64,000 nt of DNA from Kudoa neothunni (taxonomy: Eukaryota; Animalia; Cnidaria). Every line of letters begins with the position of its first letter. The first letter of the stretch is position 1. Below the pieces are notes generated by a model. It did not search any database. It was not told the origin of the DNA and saw only the letters and a program-made list of their open reading frames with translations. Where the stretch lies: the NCBI GenBank assembly GCA_964304625.1, contig OZ199838.1, positions 9,451,245 to 9,515,244 of the forward strand. The letters are read 5' to 3'. Below, one piece after another: positions 25,391-37,829 of this stretch. Position numbers and translations under genes: made by a program.

Positions 25391-25736
25391 TAATTCCTTA
25401 GAAATCCTTAAATACATCATAAACCCCTTTACGCAAGAATTACCGCTATTCAATTCGGATGTCAGTTAATGTATCTCCTGCCATTTAAAATTCACCCAGC
25501 AGGGAGTAAATTTATCCCTAGTCTAAACAATTCATAAACATCAATTATTTATTATTTGAAGTTTGCATCATAAAATGTGGTGATAATAATCTTTGAATGC
25601 ATCAATTAATGCTTACAGAAGATAAAATTTAAATATTATTTTTATTGGTTAAAATAATAATATTTAATCCATTAAATAAGGTAAATATATTTTTTGGATA
25701 AATACAGAAAAATTGGAAATCTATTTGAAAATTTAA

Positions 25737-27737
25737 CCTTCTACGTAAAAAGGGAGGGTATTATTTCGACCCTACGCATGTTAAAGGTCATTTTTTAAAC
25801 ATAAATGGTTATGTTAATTTGATTTTGACTTCATATAATCTTCTATATTATAGAGACCTTTATAAAAATGTAATAAAGTATTCATATTTTAAAAAGAAAA
25901 AAAATTAGATCAAAAATACCTTATAAATAAAAATGGGATATAAATCGACCCCAGGTTTTTTTGTAAAAGTGTAAGAAATAAGAAATAATATTTATATTTT
26001 AGGTTTAAGGAAATTTAATCGATAAAACATTGAATAAATAACAATATATTAGCGGCCATCGTTCATTGCGCCTGCGTCATCGTTTAAACTATGAGTTCTT
26101 CTTCTGATTACTGCGATAGTTGCTCCGATTTTAATGATCTCGATGTTGAAAATTCACTTCTTCATTAAATCTCATCTGATACATCTGATGATGACGTTGA
26201 ATTGACCATCGATTTTTTGCTTGACAAAAATGGAACTTTGTGGTCAGTTAATAAACCTATAATTTCAAGAACTGGATCAGAAAATATTTCGAATAATCTC
26301 CCTGATGTGTCACCTTTCACTTTGTTGAGAGTGACTAATTTGAGTGATACTTTCCGACTATTTTTGAATCAAGAAGTTCACGATCTGATCCTAAAATTTA
26401 CAAATTTATTTGGTGCTAATCACTTTGGCAGTAATTGGAATAATTTAGATGAAACCGAATTTGAGAGTTATATTGGATGCCTATTGTTAATGGTTATTCA
26501 TAAAGATCGGCAGGAACCCATTGCGGGGTTATTTGGAGTTGACGAAAGCCGACAAATCTATAGACGTCTTTTTTGTACTAATAGATTCAGGAGAATTACA
26601 AGGGCTCTCCACATTGATTATCTGGCAACTTGAGAGCTGAGAAAAGAGTCTGATAAATTTTGTCATATTCGGGACGTCTGGACTATTTAGGGTGATTTGC
26701 TTACACTTAGTTTTCGTCCATTTGAGCAATACATGCCTAGCAAACCAGCCAAATATGGTATTAAGTTTTTCTCGCAGTTGATCCTAGATCAACCTATGTA
26801 TATAATATCGACGTCTATTTGGGAAAGCAGAACCGACTAGATAAAAAGGCAACAAACGTCGGAAAAAACATAATATTGAAGTTATCTAGCCCATTGCATG
26901 GTTCTGGTCGAAATTTGGTTTGCGATAACTTTTTCACGGATGTGGAACTGGCCGACGAACTGCTAAAAAAACCAACCTTACTTGGGATATTGAGATCTAA
27001 TAAAAGAGAAACAAATCTGATGTAATAGTCCATTATAACTCTGCAAAGGGGGAGTTGATATTATTTCTCGATTACTTGCATTGGTAAGTGTGAGAAGATT
27101 CACTAGACGCTGGCCTTGGTTGTATTCTTCAACATGGTTGATATTTTATGGATAAATGGATTTTCAGTTTACAAAGAAATATTTCATCAAGCCAACATAA
27201 GCAGGATAAATTATTTAAAAAGGATGGCTGAAGAGTTGACAAGCGCTTTAAAACGCGAAGAAACTGAGACAATTGTGTGAAAGAAAAAAATCATAAAACC
27301 TCAGAAAAATGTCATAGTTGCAACGTGTCATGTTGTAGAAAATATTCTAAAACTGTTTGAATTGTTTACGACATTATTTCTGTTATTTAACATCTTGTCT
27401 CATTTATATCAAGATAAAATTTGTTTAATAATTTTATAACTGTTTAAAATATTAGAAATTAAGTATGAATAAAATTTTAAGCGCATATACTTGCTTTTCC
27501 TTATTCTAGATATAATTAAATCATCATAAACTTAAATTCTCCATTAATCGCGCACGCGCGATACGATGTTAACAATTTTATTACGCTCCTTTTTTTCAAT
27601 ACTTTGCCGATGGATATTTCTTAAAATTTGTATAAACAGTTTAATTTATATTTACTATACGAAAATAAAAAAAATGTGGGGTCGAAATATATCCCAATTT
27701 TATTTGGAAGGTGTAACTTTTCAAGCTATTTAGAAGG
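25737..27737 (+). mobile_element. piggyBac transposon with degenerate transposase
   Basis: TTAA|CCTTCTA ... TAGAAGG|TTAA, plus subterminal inverted TATTTCGACCC. Fragments EFESYIGCLLL, NRFRRI, YMPSKPAKYGIK, GRNLVCDNFFT, YN..KGGVD and RRWP, broken by stops and frameshifts. Confidence 0.93.
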
Positions 27738-28196
27738 TTAATATAATAATTTTGTATTTTGTTCCTACATATTTCACTTGTGAATAAAACGAAGAAATCT
27801 TAATAATAAAGAATAATTAATATTACACAGTTTTTATTATGTCTATAAAAGATTCTAGCTCTAAAAAATTATTTGAAAGCATAAAATTATATCAGCGTTG
27901 AATATCGATAAGTTTTGACGAATAGGGACCGAAACGTGAAATCATGGAAACAATAATTCTCAAAAATGTACAAAATACTTTCAATAATATTTATAGATTT
28001 TATATTTTAAAAAATGATAAATACATCAAAAGCTATCCACAGAAAGAAAAAATTAAATATGAAAAAGTGAAACAAAATTATATTGCGCGGACGTAGATTC
28101 GAGATCTACATCGAGAATCGTAAAGTGGCCTCTTAGTAAAAGCGGAAAAGCGGTTTGCAAGGTAAAAACAAAATAAAATCTCAAAATCACACTATA

Positions 28197-29250
28197 TTAC
28201 TCAATAAAAAGATCCACAATAGATAAATGTTTCGAATAGTCAAGTTCGATAAATTTGGCTTTGCTTTCGAAAGTGTTGATCAAAGTTTCTACTTTACTTT
28301 TAGTTGACGGACTTATATTATCCAAACCAGTTAAATTGCTTTTATGAACTTGTTTTCTTGAATATAATTTTTTATTAATAATATATATGAGATAGTTTGA
28401 TGATAAATTACAGAGTTTCGCTTAATTCCGTTGAAACATTTTGCAGGGACGGAGTCAATTGGAAGTTATTCTCACCAAATTTAAAATCTAACAGATTTTT
28501 AAGTTATCAATAAAAATCATTTTTACTTGATTGATTAACGCTGTTAATCACAAAAAGAATGTTATCAAGTGACTTTCGAGGATAATGATGAAAGAGATTA
28601 TACAAAAACCTTTAAGACAATGTTAAATCAGAAAAAAGGAACGAAATTGTCTGATATACTTGGCTACCTCCGATTTATTTGTTTCAAACATCCTTGAGTT
28701 GATTAGAAATATGATTTTACTAAATTCATTAAAAATATCATTATCTTACTGCCACACACACAACGCAAGTTTACTTAAATGAGAGGATGTTCTTTTGTAT
28801 ATAAGGTATGGCAATCTTGGAACGTCCAGGAATATCAACAACTTTTAGACTGCATTCATAAAATTTACATAGAAAAGAGTTGGAATTCGTCAATGAAATA
28901 AAATACGGATGTTTTAAAGGGCAAGATTTGGTGGTGGTGCTGGAGAATGATTGTATGATACAATGGTTGGGTTCCAGTGATGTACACATTCTTAGGTTTT
29001 TTCCATAACACATCTATAACAAATTGTTGTCGCTAGAAGAGAAACTATTTTAATACTTTGCAGAAAAAATAGGTTTTTCCCGCATTGCTTAACCCTACTA
29101 TAGCGATTGTGCTGTGCGATGAACTCTTCCTCCGAAGAAAATAAACTACGGAGAAAATAAATAGGTCGTAGATTTAACATATTTTTTACGTGAGATAATT
29201 ATAGTTAATAAGGTAGCAAAAATGGTAACAAAAACTCCATAGTCAATCAT
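28197..29250 (-). CDS. SRPRB: Signal recognition particle receptor beta subunit (Arf-like GTPase with N-terminal TM anchor), 6 exons
   Basis: Manual splicing: MIDYGVFVTIFATLLTIIIS|LYFLRRKSSSHSTIAIVGLSNAGKTYFFCK|MCYGKNLRMCTSLEPN..LKVVDIPGR..F|NKIIFLINSRMFETNKSEVA|KFLYNLF..NILFVINSVNQS|..|..AKFIELDYSKHLSIVDLFIE*. All introns are short GT-AG and the frame is maintained. Confidence 0.88.
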
Positions 29251-31562
29251 TCTACGACTTTCGGCGAAACGAAACGAGATATTCAACTGGTCGGATTTTT
29301 GCATTTTTTAAGAAAAATTTGATTTAATAACGATTCAAACGCGCACCATATTTAAAATATGCTAATGTCTGTTGATATAATAATATTCGAGTATTGTTGG
29401 TGACACATATTTAGTTATTTTATGATTAAAATTTTTTTAATCCAGACGATTTTGATTAAAAAGACAGTGGTAATTCTCATTGATCCATTTAATCCTAAAC
29501 AACATGCACGCTTGCGAGGTGACCATTTTTAATCCCTTTAACTCTTATTGGCTGATTATATATATATATGTTAGGGTTTTCTTTCTTATTATATTGAATT
29601 TATATGCGCTGAGAAAAACCTCCAATTCAGTTGATTCAAATCTCTTCTGCTCACGTAGCGGAAAAATAAATAAATGTTATTAATTATTATCAACTACATA
29701 TTTAATTTTTCAGAATCTGCTTTATTTAATTTTTTCTAACGTTCTTTTTTCAATATAAAGAAAATGGCCAATCATTAAAACATATTATTTAGATTATTTA
29801 AAATATAATGGATTAATTAGATGTTGATTATTTTTTAAACCTTTTATTTTCGACAGGTAACTTATAACTTAATAATGAATATTTTAATTCATAAAAACGT
29901 TGAAATACTGAATCCGGAAAATTAATATCGAATTTCGGAACAGCTGATGTAATACTTTCTTCTTTGTTTCATAAATTGTGATAGCCTATCAATGTTTACT
30001 AATGTAAATAATTAATTCTCGAGAAGGTTTTTCTCTACATAAAATACAGATTTCGAAAAAAATAAAGGAAGTCGCTATTTCATATATTCATTTAACTTTG
30101 ATGACGCTAGTTTTGATTATATTTAATGCGTAAACAGTTTGTAAGCAAGATTTGTTGGAATTAAAAATGACCGATTTTACTTAATAAGGGAACCTAACTG
30201 ATTGTGGTAATGATAGAGCATGCGGCACCCAAAAAACGTCCAGTTGCGCATGTTTTATCGCATTTCTTTTTTCAACAAACATTTATTATTACGATTTAGA
30301 TTTTTTACTATTGACATAACAATTTTGTATAAATTAACTTTAAAAATCAACTTTTTGAACTTTTAAATGTTAATATTAATGCAGTAAGATTTGTTTCAGT
30401 TTATAATTTTTTTATTAAATTTTTTGTTAGAAATTAAGAAAATTATTCAGTTTCTATTATCGAAATTCAGGAACCAAATTTTTAAAAATGATTATATTAA
30501 TTTTTTACTTTGAAGTATGTGTAAAACATATAAAAAAAATTTAATGCTATATTTTTATTGTTTTACAAGTTTGTTTATATTCTTAAATTCCTAACAACAA
30601 ATTCGGTAAAATATATTAAATGTAAATAATTAAAAATGTGTAACACAATATGTTAATTAAGGTTATTATTTTTCTCGGTACATACATAATTCATTAAAAC
30701 TAATATTTTCATAGAAATAGCAATTTTTTCGTTTTTAGGTTTTTTTATAATTACATTTTTACGTTTATCGAATGCTATACTAAATACACATGCAAGGATT
30801 CCTCCTAAAAGTAATAACTTCCTATATTATGCCTTAAGTTATTTTCCTATTGAAATTAAATGTTGATCTAAAATATGATGTTTATTAATTATTAAAAAAC
30901 TAATCAGCTCCGAGAAAATTATGAAAATATATTTGAGAACACGCGGTTGTCTTTTCATTTTTAAACTATTCATGCTTAAAACTTATAAAAACCTTGATAG
31001 TTAAACTTTATATTATAAAATTTGCGTTTATATGGTAAATAATATTAAACAGAACCAATTTATGAAAGCTTATCAGAACAAATCAGAGATCAATTCAATG
31101 TTTGTTGAAAAAAGATAGAGATTACAAATGTATCCGACTGCGTTCGGATAAAAAATTCTCAAAATTTTCAAGTTATTATTTAGAGCAGAATTTTTTCTCT
31201 CCATATTCTTTTATTTTATTGACATGCCTAATGATCATTGCAAACCTAATATGTTTTTTGTATTATTCAATGGTGAAATGCGTAAAGGTTTATAAAAATG
31301 TAATAATAATTTTAAAGAGCCAATTTAAAGATATATTTATAAATTTTAATGTAATTTGACACACTATTCTTCATTATATAAGGGTTTTAAAAATCGAAAT
31401 TTTATTGGCATCGGTTTTAAGTATCGGTATCTTTTGGCGAGCACCGAGTACTGCTCCCACGTTGGTATCCGAGCAACCCTAAAAATAACACATACACTAG
31501 CCAGTCATTTGATCACGCGATTAACCGATATTAAGCACATTTTTAGGTCTAAATTTAGAACT

Positions 31563-33160
31563 ATGGAATAAAAATGTAATATTATTAAATATTATTCCAG
31601 TCTTCCCTCTAAAGGTGCCAAAGCTGCCACCCCCAGACATTTTAAGATATCGTCCATCTCCTCGTTAAACGGAATTCTGAAATGTAAAGATAGGATAATT
31701 TCACTGTTTGAAGGAGGATTATTTGAAAAAAAAACAGGAAAACATTATGGCCAGGAAAAAATACATCCCTTGACCAAGACGTTTACGATTGGTTGTGTCT
31801 CATGAGATCCAAAAAGGTAGAGCTAAGGTCCTATGACATAATAAATAAAATAAACGAACTTGCAAAGGATGAAAATATTGATAAGTGTGACGCATGGGTG
31901 GTTCCTGGGCTTCAAAAACAGATTTAACATGAAACGAATAATTTCCACGGCGAATCGGCTGACATAGACTTAAATATTTCTGCCGAATAGTTTAGACAAC
32001 TCAAGCAGCTTTGTAACGGTTACTCTAAAGATTGTATATACAACATTGATGAAACTACCTTATTTTATCAACAACAACGCTGTAATTGTTCGATTTGTTA
32101 AAAGATTTATTTTCTTATATGGAAAATTTATGTTTGTTCTGCCGAAAACACCTTGAAAGGCACAAAACGATCAAAAAATCGTGTAACACTACTACTTGAA
32201 GCTTCTCTATTGGGGTGAAAAGTTATAACAGTTAATAATTGACCCAAATAAAAAGCCTCGATGCTTTAAAAATATGAAAAAACTAGCTTGTTTATATGAA
32301 TCAAACAAGAATGCATGGATGACGAGAGAAATTTTTTGGAGATATTTAACTATGTTAAATGATATTTTTTTAAATAAAAATAAGAGAGTTATTATATTTG
32401 TTGATAATTCTAGTTGTCAATTTAAAAAAATATTCAGTAACATAAGGTTGATTTTTTTACCGAGCAGCACAACTAGTATGTTACAACCTCTTGATCAAGG
32501 TGTTATCTTTTCATTTAAATGTTCTTATAAAACAAATATGATACAACGGTTTATTTTGCGTATCGAAATTGAAGTGGATCCGAACCCCACGAATATTTTA
32601 GAATCCATGGTCGTCATAAAAGCTGCATGGAACAGTGTCAAAGAATCCTCGGTGATCAACTGTTTTCTCAAAGCAGGGTTTTCTGAGGTAGAGTTCGATT
32701 CAGATGATAACAGTCTAAAGTACTTCTCATGTGTTGACTCACCTAAAACTGATGAGAATAAGTTTCCGTCGATAATTGATAATGAAATTCAAGAAATGAT
32801 TGATGAAGAAGATATTTTAAAACACACCGAATGCGATTATAATTCTAATATTAATGTTTAAATATTATAGCAGAAAGTGATAGGGTCATTAATTCGATTT
32901 CTAACTAGTAATTTTTGTTGTTGGCGAGGAAACTTGCGACTGTGATATTGTCACACCACCCCAAAATGTTAACTCATGCGACAGAAAACCAATTAATTTC
33001 AAGACAGTGTTAGAAAACTTAAAGGAAATGAAATTCTTTGTTCAGTTCTACGAAATAGGCCATTCATTAAGTTTAATTTCAGTGAACGAAGACGTATACA
33101 AAATCATATCAAAAAAAGTCACTCAAACAAAAATAACTGAATACTTTTCCATAAAATAAA
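31563..33160 (+). pseudogene. pogo/Tigger transposase pseudogene
   Basis: Fragments VYDWLC, FHGESA, IYNIDETTLFY, KNRVTLLL, SNKNAWMT, IIFVDN, LPSSTTSMLQPLDQGVI, AWNSV..NCF and a C-terminal PIP-box-like TQTKITEYF. Multiple stops and frameshifts. Confidence 0.9.
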
Positions 33161-34177
33161 TGATGATATTTGAATGTTATTTTCATAAAAGGCTTAGTAG
33201 CTATATTTAGAGTATAATGAATACATAAAAATTTATCATGGTGCGCGGAATATTGGTGTGTATTATCGGTTGCCTACTGAATTAAACATAGTGATATTTA
33301 AAACACTCAATTGTTACTCTTTTTAACCAACAAATTAAACGCGTTTAACAGTTTATTTTTGGAAACCAAAATCGGCTTTGCACAATTAAGAATAATTCAA
33401 ATAAGGCTTCATAACTTTATCTTTTCATTTTTGCCGACTTAGAAATATTTTGAATTTTTTTCCAAATTCAACAGATTGTGTTCCTATATGTTTTTGAAAC
33501 AAACCGATTATTTTTCGAGTTGATTTTAACGTAAACAATAATTCTATTATCGAATCTAGTTTAACACAATGAAAATATATAATTATCCTATAGAATGTAT
33601 TATTATAAAGTTTAGTAACACTGTTATATTTTATATAAGTAAATGAAAAAAGAAAAAAATATTTTGTTGAATTTTGAAACATATTTAAGTTGAATAAAGT
33701 AATCATGTTTATGTTTATGCAAAGGCTTTTGCTTTCTTTCAAGCGAAAGACCACAAAATTGTAGTCTGAATTGTATATTTTATTTAAGATTGATGAGAAT
33801 AAATAAATAAATAAGGACCTGATAAATTTCTAATATTATATGAAGCTTTTTTATGGGAAAGTGATAATCGTCTACTGAATATAATAATTTCTCGGATATT
33901 TACAAAATATTTATTCAACACAATTTCAAATTCAAAATAAGTCCTAGTCATCCAGTAATTGATAAAGGACGATTCCGTTACAGTGTATATATTGTGCCAT
34001 CAATACACTCTCACTCAGTGATTTACCATTATGCTAGAAAACATTATAATAAAGCATTTCCCAGGATACTTTCAAAGCATGCGTTAATTAAAAATAAAAA
34101 AACGTAACAGCTTCATTATTATCTTAATTATTAATTGAAACACCTCAGGTGCGCAACTCTTTGGGATAATTGCAGAC

Positions 34178-34656
34178 ATGTTAAAAGTTTTAGATGACGA
34201 TGTACAAACATAACAGTTTTCGATTATTGTCTTATCAAGATTAACTTAAATATGACATTATCCTAGGGATTGAAGCAACTGCTAGCCAAAAAAAAGAGTG
34301 CAAAAGACGTTATTATAATTGATTTTTTCGCAACATGGTGTGGTCCTTGCGCAAAAATGAGTCCAGTTTTTGAGGTGAGGAGTATGTGATATTTGTTTTT
34401 GACTGGAAAATTGTAAAGAATCTATCATCCGAATATAAGGAACTGGAATTTTACAAGGTTGATGTGGATATTGCGGAAGTAAGACCACCCCTTATATTGT
34501 ATCCTATATATCTCATCATTATAGGAATCTGCCGAGGAATATGGAATAACCGCTTTGCCGACATTTGTTGCATTCAAAGGTGGGCGAGTCGATGATCAAT
34601 TCATGGGAGCTCAAGAGGAGAAGTTGATTGAATTTGTCAAAAAATACAAGCCATGA
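34178..34656 (+). CDS. TXN: Thioredoxin, copy 1 (WCGPC), 4 exons
   Basis: MLKVLDDD|[36 protein letters not shown]|[20 protein letters not shown]|ESAEEYGITALPTFVAFKGGRVDDQFMGAQEEKLIEFVKKYKP*. Confidence 0.95.
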
Positions 34657-37600
34657 ATTTTTCAATACTTCTATTAATTCAGTTATTCTCCATTGATGCG
34701 TTGGAGCCCATCTTATTTTAAAGTAGAATTTTTTTGTTTTGCCTAAAATCTGGTTTGCTTTTTGGATTGGATTTTATAATGGGTTAACTAAATAAAACAC
34801 ATCATATTATTTTATATTTTGATTACTAGAAATTTTTTCATTAATGTCAATGGTAAAGTTAGAATTAGTTTTTGTATACCTTTAAAAATTTAACAAAAAG
34901 GAGTACGATTTTGCTATGCATAATGTTACCAATTGGACTCACATAGCCATGAAAAGGATAATTGTATAATTAAATAAAGGATCATTTTATTGATATTAAG
35001 TTGGCAGATAATAAGCTGGATTAAAAGCCACTATTTTAAGGACGTTAATTTCTCTCATGGTTGTCTAACATTTTTGAATCTGTATTTATGACCAATAGAG
35101 TTGCCACAATTACGCAATGTATGATTTACTGTTTCAATCCTTCAACTTTGATCAAGGTGTAAAATTCGTTTTATTGCAATCAAATGTAAATAAATTTGTT
35201 CTTATTATTAGCTATTTAAATAATGGAAGTTAAATCTAATGTGGAATCACAAAAATTAATCATTATTGCCTCCTATCTATGAATCGACATTACTTCTGAA
35301 GTGGCAAAATAAAGAGTCAAATCTTATCTGTTAATTTGATTTCATTATTTTGCGAATTAATGACCTTAATTTTATGAGAAATGAAATGTAATTAACGATT
35401 CAAGTTCATTTATTTATTAAACATCATTAAATAACTTTAGTAGGACTTTCAGTTCTTTTCAAAATTTTGCGATAAAAATTAATCCTTCTGGTTATTAAAT
35501 GTATTATTAGTATACAAACGATAAGAAAAAAAATTAATGATTACTTCTTTTTTGCAATTTTATAAAGGATGTTAATGAGGTTTTAATAATCTGTGAGTGG
35601 TAACTTACGTATTCACTATTTTAACACAATTTCCCTATTTCTAAATAAATGAAACCTTTCTTTTTAACAAAAATATTTACTGGTTCAAAAATATACAAAT
35701 TAAATTATCAAAATACGAATAAATCTAAAATGTAAACATATTTTTGGTTTGAAAAATTACAGCAATACTTAAATATCAACTGGTTTTCTCGAAGGAATGC
35801 ACCCTTTTAAAAATAACGTACTGTTTGATCGCTCTAAAAAATTTCTTTATTAATTTACATGGCACGTATTGAGAGGGGACTGTATTTTGTGCAAAATTAA
35901 TCGTGAATATAATTTCTTAAACTACGTATAGAATGCGATGTCGAATATTTTCATGTAGCTTTTATATCATAATGAATTATTTCTAGCGAAAAAATTATAT
36001 ATTGATTTGAATATTAACCTTAAGGTCTGGGGGTAAGGAATAATTAGGCTACTAAGAACTTAAACATTATTTAAAAAATTATCTCATCAAATATAGAAGC
36101 TTATCGAATTAGTTATGCCAGCTGTTTTGCAAGAAAGTTTAGGAAAACCATAAAATGAGTAAATACCTATTGGAATACGAATGTAGTTTCAATCTCAATC
36201 GATATATTTGGTAAAAATTAATTTTCACATCTCAAAAATTCCAGTAGAGCATAATTTTCATTTAAGGAGTTATCACAAAAATTTAATTATTTAAAAACTC
36301 TACACACATCTCACATGGTTTTTATAATGCGGATAGAGACCAAAATTATTCCAACATGGCAACAACTGTAATCTCAAATTATGTGTTGTATTTAAAATAA
36401 TCATAATCTCTTGTAAATATGGCTCTAATGGCATTATCTGCCTTAAAATTATTCCAAATAGGCATATGTAACATTTCTAAAATATTATACATCATTATTA
36501 GAAGATTCTCTTTGTATGCAATGATTAAAAGTTCATTCTAATTGAGTATCACTCTGAAGTAAACAAACAAATATTATTCAGGTATCGTTTAATTTGGTAA
36601 TTGAGTAGACAACCAGAAAATTCCTTAATTCTGACTACGGTATTGATTATATTTATACTTCTAAGTAGATAGACGATTTTAATTAGTGGTATCATCTGTT
36701 CAAATGCAAACTAAAAGCTGTATTCAAACAAAGTTTATCCATGACACATGCGTACTGCTGCAAACACAGACACACTGACAGACATAAGAACTTCATGTAT
36801 GTAGTAGATGAAATAATTATAATTCTAATAGATTTTTTTATTTATTTTTACTCTCATATTATTTAAAAGAAAACTGGATAAACTTCAATTAGAATAAAAA
36901 CAGAAAAATCACAATAAGATTTTCTATTCTTATTCCAACATCATAATCAGTTTCTTATGTTAATTGCTTTTTGTATATGCCTAAATGTAATTTCATTAAA
37001 AACCGGAAAATATTTTTATAAAGTCTTTTTACATTTTATTATAATTCGCAATTTTACATTAATATAGATTTCAGATAATTATGTATCAGCAGTAGACAGT
37101 CCAAAAAATAGAAACAGATACATAACGATTGAATCAAATGGAAATCTTCGGCAGATTGATTAAAATTTTTAAAATTTTCATTCAATTCATCAGAGGCAAT
37201 GCTTTCAGTGTCGGATGGATAAAAATCACTGGAACCAATCTTTTAAATGATATAATTCTTTTCGTAAACGTTTTCTAAATTAAAAATACATTATTCTTAT
37301 AACAAAAAACAATTTTTAAACGCGGTGAGCAATACGTCTCGTCAAAACACATCCTTACCGAATCTAAATTGAATTAACATAAATAAACGGAAATATGAGA
37401 CATTGCACCTAAGAATGCGAAATAGAGTTATTCTGTTCGCAGAAATAATTATTGTTTGTTTGATTTTTTATGAAATGCCTCAGAAGTATACAAATAAATT
37501 TCCGAGTGTATGGATGCTAACAAATCACCGATTGGGTGAATATTACGACGAAATCAAGATGGTATTTGTTCAGGCAGTAAAAAGGTGTTGACCACCGATC

Positions 37601-37829
37601 AAAACATTCCAATGTGCAAAAATCATTCGTTCTAAGTTTTGTAGATGATGACTGCATAACAAGTTTTGCAAAAATTGTCTAAAAACTCATTTTCCTACCA
37701 CGTTATGGCCACTTTTTTTAATGAAAATGAGATATTTTCCATTATTTTTATCATTTGTAAGAAATAAAAATTATTTAATGCTATTACGGAGGGACCAACT
37801 AAAATTACGTCAAAACAATATTTAAACTA

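Larger units (their letters stand above)
22838..25520. mobile_element. hAT (Buster-type) MITE carrying two younger insertions
   Basis: Starts CAGGGATTCTCA and ends ..ATCCCTA. 8-bp TSD GTCTAAAT/GTCTAAAC with central TA. Colinear with 1802-2402 once the inserts are removed. Confidence 0.75.

Noticed and set aside
37403-37685. Cys-rich stretch resembling a piggyBac C-terminal domain
   Set aside because: Too decayed, and no TIRs found to support a call.
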